From: a plasmid | Direction: 5' to 3' (one strand) | Length of the DNA stretch: 64,000 nt | Sequence record: NZ_CP119397.1 | Shown here: in pieces, positions 18,712-28,096 of the stretch | How positions within the stretch are numbered: position 1 is the first letter of the stretch | Layout of the letters: each line of letters opens with the position of its first letter | Program-made: the position numbers and the translations under genes | Notes under the pieces: model-generated | Told to the model about the DNA's origin: nothing | What the model saw: the letters and a program-made list of their open reading frames with translations, nothing else | The model's database searches: none

Positions 18712-20109
18712 ATGAGTGCCCAGCCCGACCAGAAACGGTTAATTGAAAACAAGTCTGTTGATTACGTCCCGGCGTCAGAGCGCCACGGCCGCTCACGCAG
18801 CCTCTTTACGCTCTGGTTCTGCACCAACATTGCACCGCTGGCGGTGGTCACCGGGGCGATGGCCAGCCAGACGTTCCACCTCAGCATTGCCTCGGCGCTG
18901 ACGGCGATTATCGCCGGGCACCTGTTCGGCGGGATTTTCCTGGCCCTGACGTCGGCACAGGGGCCGCAGGTGGGCATTCCGCAAATGGTACAGAGCCGGG
19001 CGCAGTTCGGCCGTTACGGTTCGCTGCTGGTGATTATCTTCGCCACCGTGATTTACCTCGGCTTCTTTATCTCCAATATCTCCCTGTCCGGGCGGGTGAT
19101 TAACAATGTCATCCCGGCGTTGCCGCTCCCGGCCGCCACGCTCACCGGGGCAGTGGTCGCGACGCTGATTGGCGTGGTGGGGTACCACTTTATCCACCAT
19201 ATCAACAAGGTAGGTGCCTGGGTGATGGGCGCGGCGCTGCTGGGCGGGCTTTTGCTGATGCTGACCCAACCGCTGCCGGCCGATTTCTGGCAGCGCGGCA
19301 GCGTCACCCCCGGCGGCTGGTTTGCCACCTTCTGCATCGGCGCGGTGTGGCAAATCAGCTTTTCGCCCTACACCTCTGACTATTCACGCTACCTGCCGGC
19401 CAGCGCCGGCATTGCGCGGCCGTTCCTCTGCACCTATCTGGGGGCGTGCTGCGGCACTATCCTGGCGTTTGTGTTCGGGCTGGTGGCGGTTAACCTGGTG
19501 CCCGGCAGCGATGCAATGGCCTCCGTCCGGCAGGCGACCGGCTGGCTCGGGCCGATGCTGATGGGGCTGTTTTTGGTCAACATCATCTGCCATAACTCCA
19601 TGAACCTGTATGGCGCGGTACTCTCGCTGATTACCGCCGTCCAGACGTTCCGCCCGCACTGGACGCCGGATGCGCGTGTCCGGGTGCTGTTCTCCGCGCT
19701 GGTGCTGGCAGGCTCGGTGCTGACGGCCCTGGCGGCTTCCGCGCACTTTGTCACCTTCTTCCTGAACCTGATCCTGGCGTTGATCGCCGTGCTTATCCCG
19801 TGGAGCGTGATTAACCTGATCGATTTCTACCTGATCAATAAACAGCGCTATGACATCCCCTCGATTTTCAGCGCGGACGGCGGGCGTTACGGGCGGGTCA
19901 ACACCCGCGCCTTGCTGGTCTATTTCGGTGGGATTGTGGTGCAGGTGCCGTTTGTGGAGAACGCCTTTTTCACCGGCCCCTATGCCAACCTGATCCCAGG
20001 GGTGGATATCTCCTGGATTATCAGCCTGGTGGTGACCAGCATCGCCTACCCGCTGTTCCACAGCCGCCATGATGTGCGGGTGCCCAGCGGCCGGGCAAGC
20101 AAAGCCTGA
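18712..20109 (+). CDS. NCS1-family (cytosine/purine/uracil/hydantoin-type) permease
   Basis: 465 aa, 12 TM; NCS1 N-terminal signature region. Confidence 0.85.
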   Translation: MSAQPDQKRLIENKSVDYVPASERHGRSRSLFTLWFCTNIAPLAVVTGAMASQTFHLSIASALTAIIAGHLFGGIFLALTSAQGPQVGIPQMVQSRAQFGRYGSLLVIIFATVIYLGFFISNISLSGRVINNVIPALPLPAATLTGAVVATLIGVVGYHFIHHINKVGAWVMGAALLGGLLLMLTQPLPADFWQRGSVTPGGWFATFCIGAVWQISFSPYTSDYSRYLPASAGIARPFLCTYLGACCGTILAFVFGLVAVNLVPGSDAMASVRQATGWLGPMLMGLFLVNIICHNSMNLYGAVLSLITAVQTFRPHWTPDARVRVLFSALVLAGSVLTALAASAHFVTFFLNLILALIAVLIPWSVINLIDFYLINKQRYDIPSIFSADGGRYGRVNTRALLVYFGGIVVQVPFVENAFFTGPYANLIPGVDISWIISLVVTSIAYPLFHSRHDVRVPSGRASKA

Positions 20110-20141
20110 GAGCCGCCCCGCCCGGCTTTCCGCCCCGGCCA

Positions 20142-20170
20142 TGCCCCTGCCCTTTGGCGGGGCTTTTTTC
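20142..20170 (+). terminator. rho-independent terminator after permease gene
   Basis: GCCCCTGCC-N-GGCGGGGC hairpin followed by TTTTTT. Confidence 0.7.
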
Positions 20171-20322
20171 AGCCCGCCGGCTTCTTTTTCCCGCTGGCTA
20201 AAGTTTCGGCAAAAACCCACCGATAACTTACCAGCAGGACGTTTATGTACAGGATGTCGCCTATGTGATAGCGCAACGCCGGGAGTGCCATAATGGCCGG
20301 AAAAGTACGACAGAAACACCCC

Positions 20323-22245
20323 ATGAGTACCCGCACACAGATGCTGCTCACGGGCGCGTTAACCATCACCCTTGGGTTTGTGGTCACCATTGGTGTGCTG
20401 AGCTGGCAGTCAGGCCGCGAGCAAAAATTGCTGGCCGGGCAGTACCTGCAACAGATCGCCCAGTCCAGCGCCCTGCAAATCCAGCAGGAGCTGAGCTATG
20501 CCAGGGATGTGGCGCACAACCTGGGCCAGAGCCTGATCGCCCTGCCCGCCGCCGGGATAAAAGAGCGCGCCGCCGCCGATAAGCTGACGGAATACGCCCT
20601 GCGGGATAACCCTGATTACCTGTCGATGTCCGTGATTTTCGAACAGGATGCCTTCGACGGGCGCGACGCCGAGTTCGCCGCCCTGCCCGGCCAGGCACCG
20701 AACGGCCGCTACGCCTGGTTTGTCGACAAAAACCAGGCGGGCCAGTACGCGATGCACCCGCTGCTCTCCTATGCCACGCCCGGCCAGGGCGACTACTATC
20801 TGGTGCCGCAAAAGAGCCGCAAAGATACCCTCACCGAACCCTACACCTACGCCTATAACGGTGTGCCGACGCTGCTGACTTCCGTTTCGTCGCCGATCGT
20901 CAGTGACGGCAAACTCTGGGCGGTGGTCGCCTCCGACATCTCGCTGGCGTCGTTGCAGAAAAAAGTCGATCAGATAAAACCCTGGGAAGGCAGCGGCTAC
21001 GCCATGCTGCTTTCGCATGGCGGCAAAGTGGTCTCCCACCCGGATAAAACGTTAGCGGGTAAAGTCTGGCCCGGCCGGGCCGATAACTTCACCGCGGACA
21101 TCGTGCAACAACATGACGCGCGGCTGGACGAAGAGGTGATGGTGACCTGGCAACCGGTCACCATCGGCAACAGCGACCAGCCGTGGTACCTCGGCGTGGT
21201 GGTGCCGGTCAGCCAGGTGATGGCGGCCGCCAACCGGCAGTTAACCAATGCCGTGATCCTGATGGTGGTGAGCATCCTGCTGGTGAGCGCGCTGCTTGGG
21301 GTAATTTTCAGCCGCAAAGTGCTGCGGCCGATCGGCGGCGAGCCGTTGCAGGCTGCCACCATTGCGCTGGCGGTTGCGGAAGGCAAGCTGGATAACGTCA
21401 TCCCGGTCAGTGCCGGTGACCGCAGCAGCCTGTTTTTTGCCCTGCACACCATGCAGGCGCAGTTGCGCGGTATTGTCGGCCAGCTGAAAGAGGCCAGCGA
21501 CTCGGTGCGCCAGGGCGCAGGCGAGATTGCCGGCGGCAACCTGGATCTCGCCTCCCGCACGGAACAGCAGGCCGCCGCGCTGGAGGAGACCGCCGCCAGC
21601 ATGGAGCAGATCACTGCCACCGTGAAACATAACGCCGCGAACACGCACCAGGCCACGGTATTGACGGAGAACGCCACCCGCATCGCCGGGCGCGGCGAGC
21701 TGCTGGTGAACCAGGTGGTGGAGACGATGACGCAGATTGATGACAGCGCCCGGAAAATCGGCGACATCACGGCGATCATCAACAGCATCGCGTTCCAGAC
21801 CAATATCCTGGCGCTGAACGCTGCGGTGGAGGCCGCACGGGCCGGAGAACAGGGGCGCGGCTTCGCCGTGGTGGCCTCTGAAGTGCGCAACCTGGCGCAA
21901 CGCAGCGCCACCGCCGCCACCGAGATCGCCGCGCTGATTGAAGAGTCCGGCCGCCGCGTCGGCAGCGGGGTGCAACTGGTGCACGATACCGGCAACACCA
22001 TGCAGGAGATGACCCAGGCCGTCACGTCCATGCAGAGCATTATCAACGAGATCGCTACCGCCTCGGACGAACAGGCCAAGGGCATCAGCCAGGTGACGCT
22101 GGCGGTCAACGAGATGGACGGCACCACCCAGCAAAACGCCGCCCTGGTGCAGGAGATGTCTGCCGCAGCCAGCTCGCTGGAGGCGCAGGCGCAACAGCTC
22201 GCCCAGACAGTAGAGCAGTTCCGGTTGTCGGCCCAGCCTGCGTAA
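20323..22245 (+). CDS. methyl-accepting chemotaxis protein with periplasmic Cache-like sensor, HAMP and MA signalling domain
   Basis: TM1, ~270-aa periplasmic domain, TM2, HAMP, highly conserved MCP signalling hairpin ([37 protein letters not shown]). Confidence 0.85.
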   Translation: MSTRTQMLLTGALTITLGFVVTIGVLSWQSGREQKLLAGQYLQQIAQSSALQIQQELSYARDVAHNLGQSLIALPAAGIKERAAADKLTEYALRDNPDYLSMSVIFEQDAFDGRDAEFAALPGQAPNGRYAWFVDKNQAGQYAMHPLLSYATPGQGDYYLVPQKSRKDTLTEPYTYAYNGVPTLLTSVSSPIVSDGKLWAVVASDISLASLQKKVDQIKPWEGSGYAMLLSHGGKVVSHPDKTLAGKVWPGRADNFTADIVQQHDARLDEEVMVTWQPVTIGNSDQPWYLGVVVPVSQVMAAANRQLTNAVILMVVSILLVSALLGVIFSRKVLRPIGGEPLQAATIALAVAEGKLDNVIPVSAGDRSSLFFALHTMQAQLRGIVGQLKEASDSVRQGAGEIAGGNLDLASRTEQQAAALEETAASMEQITATVKHNAANTHQATVLTENATRIAGRGELLVNQVVETMTQIDDSARKIGDITAIINSIAFQTNILALNAAVEAARAGEQGRGFAVVASEVRNLAQRSATAATEIAALIEESGRRVGSGVQLVHDTGNTMQEMTQAVTSMQSIINEIATASDEQAKGISQVTLAVNEMDGTTQQNAALVQEMSAAASSLEAQAQQLAQTVEQFRLSAQPA

Positions 22246-22281
22246 CCGGCAACCGGATCGGTAGCTTGTCTGCGTGATAAC

Positions 22282-22310
22282 GCGGCCACCCTGTCAGGTG
22301 GCCGCTTTTT
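22282..22310 (+). terminator. rho-independent terminator after MCP gene
   Basis: GCGGCCACC-N-GGTGGCCGC hairpin + TTTTTT. Confidence 0.7.
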
Positions 22311-22415
22311 TGTGCATGTGCGCCGGGCCGGTGATGCCTGCGTAACGGTTTTTGCCGGAACGCGTTATGCTGGGGGGATACGCCTCCTTTAACACAAATT
22401 ATCTTTCCGGAGACA

Positions 22416-23954
22416 ATGTTGGCCCTATTCCGTAACCGGTCCCCTGAACGCATCATGCGCGCGTGTTTGATGATTATCAGCGCGGCGGTGCTGTTCACCG
22501 GCACCTGGTCGCTCTGGCACTCCTGGCACGGCACCGTGCAGGATGCCGAGAAGGACGCGAAAAACCAGTCGCTGTCGCTCTCGCGGCAGGCGCAGGATAC
22601 CTTTTTACAGGTGGAACTCACCCTGGAGGAGCTGGCGCGCAACGCAGACGCGATGTTTGCCGCGCCGTCCCATTTTGCCGGGCCGGGCGGGCTGCTGGCC
22701 ATGCAGAAGAGCAAACTGCCGCAACTGAATGGGCTGTTCGTCTATGACGCGCAGGGGCGCTGGGTCACCACGACCGCGAAACACGTGCCGCCGCGGGCCA
22801 ATAATGCTGACCGGGAATATTTTATCTGGCACCGTGAGCATAACGACGCGCTGATCCACGTCGGGCATGTGATCCGCAGCCGCTCCAGCGGGGAGCTGAT
22901 CATCCCGGTATCCCTGCGCCTGAATGATGCGCAGGGGGCGTTCCGCGGCGTGGTGCTGGGCACGGTGAGGGTCGATTTTTTCCGCCACTTTTATGGCTGG
23001 TATGAGCAGGGGCCGAACGATCTGCTCGGGCTGCTGCACGCTGACGGCACCATCCTTTATATGCGCCCCTTCCCGGACAGCGTGATTAACCGCAGCCTGG
23101 CGCACAGCCCGCTGTTTACCCGCCTGCTGAAAAGTGCGCTCACCGGCACCCGCACCTGGAAAAACCGGGTGGACGGCGTAACGCGCCTGACGGGCTATGC
23201 CCGGCTGGAGCGCTACCCACTGGTGGCGGTGGCCGGTTATGACCGTAATGCCTTACAGCGCACCTGGTTCAGCAATAATGCGGTGATCATCATCCTGAAC
23301 GGCCTGCTGCTGTTGCTGGTGATCGTGCTGGGCCTGCTGGGGTTGAGGCAGTTCAACACCACCTTGCGTAAACAGCGTGAGCTGCTGGAAGTGCGTGACG
23401 AGCTGACGCGGGTCAACCATACCTTGCAGGATCTGGCGCTGGTGGACGGCCTGACCGGCATCGGCAACCGCCGCCAGTTCGATTTTTATCTGGAGCAGTG
23501 TCTGCTGCGTGCGAAAGGGTCCGGGTTGCCGGTGTCGCTGGTGATGCTGGACATCGACTTTTTCAAAAACTACAACGATGCCTTTGGCCATGTTGCCGGT
23601 GACGAATGCCTGAGGCAGGTCGCGGAGATCCTCGACCACCTGCCGCGCCGCGGTGCCGACCGGGTAACCCGCTACGGCGGCGAAGAGTTCGCGCTGATCC
23701 TGCCGGGCACCGGCGCCGATGAAGCCAGACAGGTGGCGAAACGCGCACTGGCGGCCCTGCGCCGGGCGGCCCTGCCGCACAGCGCCAGCCCGTTGCCGGA
23801 AAAAATCGTCACCCTGAGCGGCGGCGTCAGCACCGCCCACCCCGGCGGCAGCGCCGATGAGCTGAAACGGGCAGCCGATGCCGCGCTCTATCAGGCCAAA
23901 CGCGCCGGCCGTAACCGGATTATGGGTGCCGGGGTGGTGAAGGAGGGGGAATGA
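22416..23954 (+). CDS. sensor diguanylate cyclase (periplasmic sensor domain + GGDEF)
   Basis: N-terminal TM, ~270-aa periplasmic domain, TM, GGDEF domain with intact RYGGEEF active site. Confidence 0.85.
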   Translation: MLALFRNRSPERIMRACLMIISAAVLFTGTWSLWHSWHGTVQDAEKDAKNQSLSLSRQAQDTFLQVELTLEELARNADAMFAAPSHFAGPGGLLAMQKSKLPQLNGLFVYDAQGRWVTTTAKHVPPRANNADREYFIWHREHNDALIHVGHVIRSRSSGELIIPVSLRLNDAQGAFRGVVLGTVRVDFFRHFYGWYEQGPNDLLGLLHADGTILYMRPFPDSVINRSLAHSPLFTRLLKSALTGTRTWKNRVDGVTRLTGYARLERYPLVAVAGYDRNALQRTWFSNNAVIIILNGLLLLLVIVLGLLGLRQFNTTLRKQRELLEVRDELTRVNHTLQDLALVDGLTGIGNRRQFDFYLEQCLLRAKGSGLPVSLVMLDIDFFKNYNDAFGHVAGDECLRQVAEILDHLPRRGADRVTRYGGEEFALILPGTGADEARQVAKRALAALRRAALPHSASPLPEKIVTLSGGVSTAHPGGSADELKRAADAALYQAKRAGRNRIMGAGVVKEGE

Positions 23955-24007
23955 AAGTGATAGCGAGAACGGCTGCCCATAAGGAATAGGGCAGCGTTCC
24001 TGTTGTT

Positions 24008-24382
24008 CTACTCACTGAACCGCGGAACCTCTTCGGGCCGGGTAAACAGGGTCAGCCCCAGTGATTGCCCGAGGCGCACATCCTTATCTGCCCCCGCTGA
24101 TGCGCCGGGGAGGCGCAGGATCGCATCACAATGGCCGATCAACCGGTGCGCCACCGGGTAGAGGAACGCTTCGCTGATCTCATCCCCAATCCGGGTTGAC
24201 CCGGCCGTCTGCGCCAGCGGCAGCGCCAGCCATTCGCCAATCACCGGCGTATGCCCGCGTTGGTAAACCGCCAGCGCCGCCTGCGCCAGTTTCGCCAGGT
24301 TTTCGTTAATCTGCGCGAGCGAACCGTCAGTGCCGCTTCTGACCGGGCCGGCAATCAGGATCATCATTCTTTTCATTATCAT
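24008..24382 (-). CDS. DUF4406-like (nucleoside 2-deoxyribosyltransferase-like fold) small protein
   Basis: 124 aa; MILIAGP...GH.PV...CDAILRLPGAS.GA..DV.LGQSLGL pattern typical of DUF4406 / DNPH1(Rcl)-like proteins; 3 bp downstream of nudK. Confidence 0.5.
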   Translation of the reverse strand: MIMKRMMILIAGPVRSGTDGSLAQINENLAKLAQAALAVYQRGHTPVIGEWLALPLAQTAGSTRIGDEISEAFLYPVAHRLIGHCDAILRLPGASAGADKDVRLGQSLGLTLFTRPEEVPRFSE

Positions 24383-24385
24383 CTC

Positions 24386-24970
24386 CTAGAGCTTCGCATG
24401 AATTGCAAGGTAGTGAAGCAACATGATGGTTTTGGCATCCATAATGTCGCCGGTGTCGATCGCCTTCAGGGCGCGTTCAAACGGCCACTCCAGCACCTCG
24501 ATGTCTTCGCCCTCCTCTATCACGCCGCCGCCCTCCCCGCGGCGATGGCGCGCCGTGTATTCGCCGATGAAAAAGTAGAGCTTTTCCGTCACGGAGCCGG
24601 GGCTCATATAGGCCTCGAACACTTTCTCGACCTTTGTGATTTGAAAACCGGTCTCCTCTTCCGCCTCCGCCATCACCCGCGCTTCCGGTGAGGCGTTATC
24701 CAGCAGCCCAGCCGCCGCCTCAATCAAAAAACCGGAATGGCCGTTGATATACACCGGAAAACGGAACTGCCGGGTCAGCACCACCGTGCGTTGGGCCTTG
24801 TTGTATAACAGGATCACCGCGCCGTTGCCGCGGTCATACGCTTCCCGGCTCTGCGTCTGCCAGGTGCCGTCGCGGCGCAAAAAGTCGAATGTGTAGGTTT
24901 TCAGGGTGTACCAGTTGTCAGATAACAGGGTTTCCCGGATGTGACGAACGCGCTGACAATCTTTTTCCAT
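24386..24970 (-). CDS. nudK: NUDIX hydrolase, GDP-mannose pyrophosphatase NudK-like
   Basis: Collinear with E. coli NudK ([21 protein letters not shown], Nudix box GLLDN...EEETGF). Confidence 0.8.
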   Translation of the reverse strand: MEKDCQRVRHIRETLLSDNWYTLKTYTFDFLRRDGTWQTQSREAYDRGNGAVILLYNKAQRTVVLTRQFRFPVYINGHSGFLIEAAAGLLDNASPEARVMAEAEEETGFQITKVEKVFEAYMSPGSVTEKLYFFIGEYTARHRRGEGGGVIEEGEDIEVLEWPFERALKAIDTGDIMDAKTIMLLHYLAIHAKL

Positions 24971-25050
24971 AGTGCAGGCCTCATAAGGGGTGACAAAAAA
25001 CACGCTATCATGCACAATCGTGCAATATCAAGAAAATTCGTGAAGGATAA

Positions 25051-25812
25051 ATGATGCTCGCCAGCCAACGGAAACAACAGATTTTGCAGATTCTCGCCGA
25101 AGAAAAACAGGTGCTCTCCTCAGAACTTAGCCAGCGATTTGGGTTGTCTGAGGACTCTATCCGCCGTGATCTCAGGGAATTGGCAGCCGAAGGGCTGGTG
25201 CAGCGGGTGCACGGCGGCGCGCTGCCGGTGTCTGCCGCCCTGGCACCGTTCGATGTAAGAAAAAGCGTGCAGATAAACTCAAAACGTGCAGTGGCGAAAA
25301 GGGCCGCCAGCCTGATTCAGCCGGGCCAGGTGGTGCTGATGGATGGCGGCACCACCACGGAAGAGATGATCACTTTCCTGCCGCCGGATCTCGCCATTAC
25401 GGTGGTCACCCACAGCCCAAGTATTGCCGTCGGGCTGGTCAGCCACCCGTCAGTTGAGGTGATCCTTATCGGCGGAACGCTGTTTAAACATTCGGTGGTG
25501 ACGATGGGGGCATCTGTGCTGGAGGCTACCCGCCGGATAAATGCCGATCTGTTCTTTATGGGTGTCACTGGCGTGCACAAAACGGCCGGGTTCACCACCG
25601 GGAACTACGAGGAGGCGGGCATCAAACGGGCGCTTTCCGGGCGGGCCGCCGAAACGGTGGTGATGGCCTCACAGGAAAAAATCAATTCCGCCTCCCCGTT
25701 CGCCATCGGGGATCTCGCGTTGGCCGCTACGTTAGTGGTGGATACTGAGCTGGAACCAGAGATGGAGGCCGCCCTGGCCCGGCAACAGGTAGCGGTAATC
25801 CACGCCGATTAA
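25051..25812 (+). CDS. DeoR/GlpR-family transcriptional regulator
   Basis: N-terminal DeoR HTH (RKQQILQILAEEKQVLSSELSQRFGLSEDSIRRDLRELAAEG), C-terminal sugar-phosphate sensor domain. Confidence 0.85.
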   Translation: MMLASQRKQQILQILAEEKQVLSSELSQRFGLSEDSIRRDLRELAAEGLVQRVHGGALPVSAALAPFDVRKSVQINSKRAVAKRAASLIQPGQVVLMDGGTTTEEMITFLPPDLAITVVTHSPSIAVGLVSHPSVEVILIGGTLFKHSVVTMGASVLEATRRINADLFFMGVTGVHKTAGFTTGNYEEAGIKRALSGRAAETVVMASQEKINSASPFAIGDLALAATLVVDTELEPEMEAALARQQVAVIHAD

Positions 25813-25924
25813 TGAAATTTTCTCATGACACCATTCTTCTTCCGGCACTTACGCTTTGCCGGTGTTTTTCCTATGCTTTTGTTCAGCTAAACACTCTGCT
25901 TATTCTGCTGACAGGAGATTCATC

Positions 25925-26326
25925 ATGACGAAAATTTATCAGGCGGGTTCCCAGGCTTCGTATGCCGGGCCGGAAGAGTGGTTTACCGGCACCGTGCGGG
26001 TTGACCCGCTGTTTGCCGCTGAGGAACCGGCGCGCACCAGCGGCGGCAGCGTCACCTTTGAACCCGGCGCGCGTACCGCCTGGCACACCCACCCGCTGGG
26101 CCAGACGCTGATTGTCACCGCCGGGTTTGGCTATGTGCAGACCTGGGGCGAACCGGCCCGCGAAATCCGCCCTGGGGATGTGGTCTGCATCCCGCCGCAT
26201 GAGAAGCACTGGCACGGTGCCTCGGCCACCACGGCCCTGACCCACATCGCGCTACAGGAAGCGCAGGACGGCAAGGCAGTGGAGTGGCTGGAAAAAGTCA
26301 CCGATGAACAATACGGTGGTCAATAA
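25925..26326 (+). CDS. cupin-domain protein (cytoplasmic paralog)
   Basis: 133 aa; [23 protein letters not shown] and HWHGA cupin motifs. Confidence 0.75.
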   Translation: MTKIYQAGSQASYAGPEEWFTGTVRVDPLFAAEEPARTSGGSVTFEPGARTAWHTHPLGQTLIVTAGFGYVQTWGEPAREIRPGDVVCIPPHEKHWHGASATTALTHIALQEAQDGKAVEWLEKVTDEQYGGQ

Positions 26327-26367
26327 GCCCTTTTTCCCGGTAACCCTTATCACCCAGGAGGACGCGA

Positions 26368-27261
26368 TTGGCGCGGGAAAACCTTAACGATCTGACGGCC
26401 TTTGTCACCCTCGCCCGTGAGAAGAGTTTTACCCGGGCCGCCGCGCAACTGGGGGTCTCGCAGTCGGCGTTAAGCCACAGCCTGCGTACCCTGGAAACGC
26501 GGTTGGGCATCCGGTTGCTGACCCGCACCACCCGCAGCGTGTCGCTGACGGATGCCGGTGAACATCTGCTGAACGATCTGGGGCCGTACATTGACGGCAT
26601 CCAAGACACCTTGCAGTCGCTTAAGGATCTCAACGGCACGCCGTCCGGCACCATCCGCATCTCCACTTCTGATTACGCCATCAATACCGTGATCTGGCCG
26701 AAAGTGCGGGGGTTATTGCGCGACTACCCGGAGATCCATCTGGAGCTGATTGATGACTATGCGCTGACCGATATTGTCTCCAACCGGTTTGATGCCGGTA
26801 CGCGGCTGGGCGAGCAAATTACCAACGGCATGGTGTCGGTGAAAATCGGGCCGGATGTCCGCTTTGCGGTGGTCGGCGCGCCCGGCTATTTCACGCAGCA
26901 CCCGGTGCCTGAACACCCTAACGATCTACTGCAACATACCTGCATTAATCTGCGCTTTCCTACCCACGGCAATCTGTATGTCTGGGAGTTTGAAAAAGAC
27001 GGCAAAAGCGTCAATGTGAAAGTGGAAGGCCAACTGGTGTTCAGCCGGATTTACCAGAACCTGTCTGCCGCGCTGGAGGGGTTCGGGCTGGCGCATGTGC
27101 CGCGTGACATCGCCGAACCCTACATTGCCCGCGGGGAACTGGTCAGCGTGCTGGAGGACTGGTGCCCCTATTGGGACGGCTATTACCTCTATTACCCGAG
27201 CCGCCGCCAGCCCTCAAAAGCCTTCAGCCTGCTGCTGAATGCGTTGCGCTTCTACCAGTAA
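26368..27261 (+). CDS. LysR-family transcriptional regulator
   Basis: HTH LTAFVTLAREKSFTRAAAQLGVSQSALSHSLRTLETRLGIRLLTR + LysR substrate-binding domain. Confidence 0.8.
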   Translation: MARENLNDLTAFVTLAREKSFTRAAAQLGVSQSALSHSLRTLETRLGIRLLTRTTRSVSLTDAGEHLLNDLGPYIDGIQDTLQSLKDLNGTPSGTIRISTSDYAINTVIWPKVRGLLRDYPEIHLELIDDYALTDIVSNRFDAGTRLGEQITNGMVSVKIGPDVRFAVVGAPGYFTQHPVPEHPNDLLQHTCINLRFPTHGNLYVWEFEKDGKSVNVKVEGQLVFSRIYQNLSAALEGFGLAHVPRDIAEPYIARGELVSVLEDWCPYWDGYYLYYPSRRQPSKAFSLLLNALRFYQ

Positions 27262-27315
27262 CGCCTTGTACATTAACCGGCATCGCGCCGGTTAACGGCC
27301 TCAGCACACGCTGGG

Positions 27316-27804
27316 TTACTGGGTGTACTGTGCGTCACTCACCTTTTCCAGCCAGGCCACGGCCTCTCCTTCCGGCGTTGCCTCCTGGATCGCCAGATGC
27401 ACCATGCCTGTTTTGTCTGTCGCGCCGTGCCAGTGTTTCACGCCCGGCGGGCAGTGCACCACATCCCCCGCGCGAAGGGTCTTTTTCTCACCGCCCCATG
27501 CCTGCACCCAGCCGGTGCCGGAAGTGACGACCAGCGTTTGCCCGAGCGGGTGGGTATGCCACGCCGAACGCGCGCCCGGCTCAAAGGTGACATACGCGCC
27601 GGTGGCGCGCTGCGGCGGCACCGGCGAAGTGAACAGCGGATCAACCCAGACCCGGCCGGTAAAATTCGCCGCTGGCCCTGGGACAGAGGCGCGGTCTTCA
27701 CTTTTTGTCAGGCGCATCTGGGTCGCTTCGGTCTCCACGGCCTGGGCAGGCAGGGCAAAGGCCAGCATCAGGGGCACGGCGGCAGGGGTAAAACGCATCA
27801 TCAA
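27316..27804 (-). CDS. cupin-domain protein with N-terminal signal peptide (exported paralog of 25925-26326)
   Basis: Signal peptide [22 protein letters not shown]; same [23 protein letters not shown] / HWHGA motifs. Confidence 0.75.
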   Translation of the reverse strand: MMMRFTPAAVPLMLAFALPAQAVETEATQMRLTKSEDRASVPGPAANFTGRVWVDPLFTSPVPPQRATGAYVTFEPGARSAWHTHPLGQTLVVTSGTGWVQAWGGEKKTLRAGDVVHCPPGVKHWHGATDKTGMVHLAIQEATPEGEAVAWLEKVSDAQYTQ

Positions 27805-28096
27805 GGCATCTCCTGTTTCAGCATGGAAAAGGTGGGCAGTCGGGTGCTGAACGTGGGAACGTTCTGCGCAGCCTTACAGGGAGGGTATCGGGCAGCGACG
27901 GGCCAGAGAAGGGGCGGATCGTGATAACTGTTATGAATAAAACCGATAACACGCCCCGATTCATGCGCTTACTTCATAACTGCCAGCAAATTATCGCTAT
28001 ATTCTGCTGAGTCACCCCTGACTACACTATGCCTCTTATATCCATTATGTTGGCCGGCGCGGCTTGCCTGCGTCCGGCGATGTTTATTCCAGGAGA

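Noticed and set aside
20997-22289. Long antisense ORFs (e.g. 430 aa at 20997-22289, 317 aa at 40430-41383, 320 aa at 5075-6037, 329 aa at 14143-15132, 224 aa at 1234-1908)
   Set aside because: - All lie fully inside and opposite to genes with strong family evidence (MCPs, DJ-1, hydrolase, kbp).
- Translations are low-complexity Arg/Ala/Pro-rich, typical of spurious ORFs in high-GC DNA.
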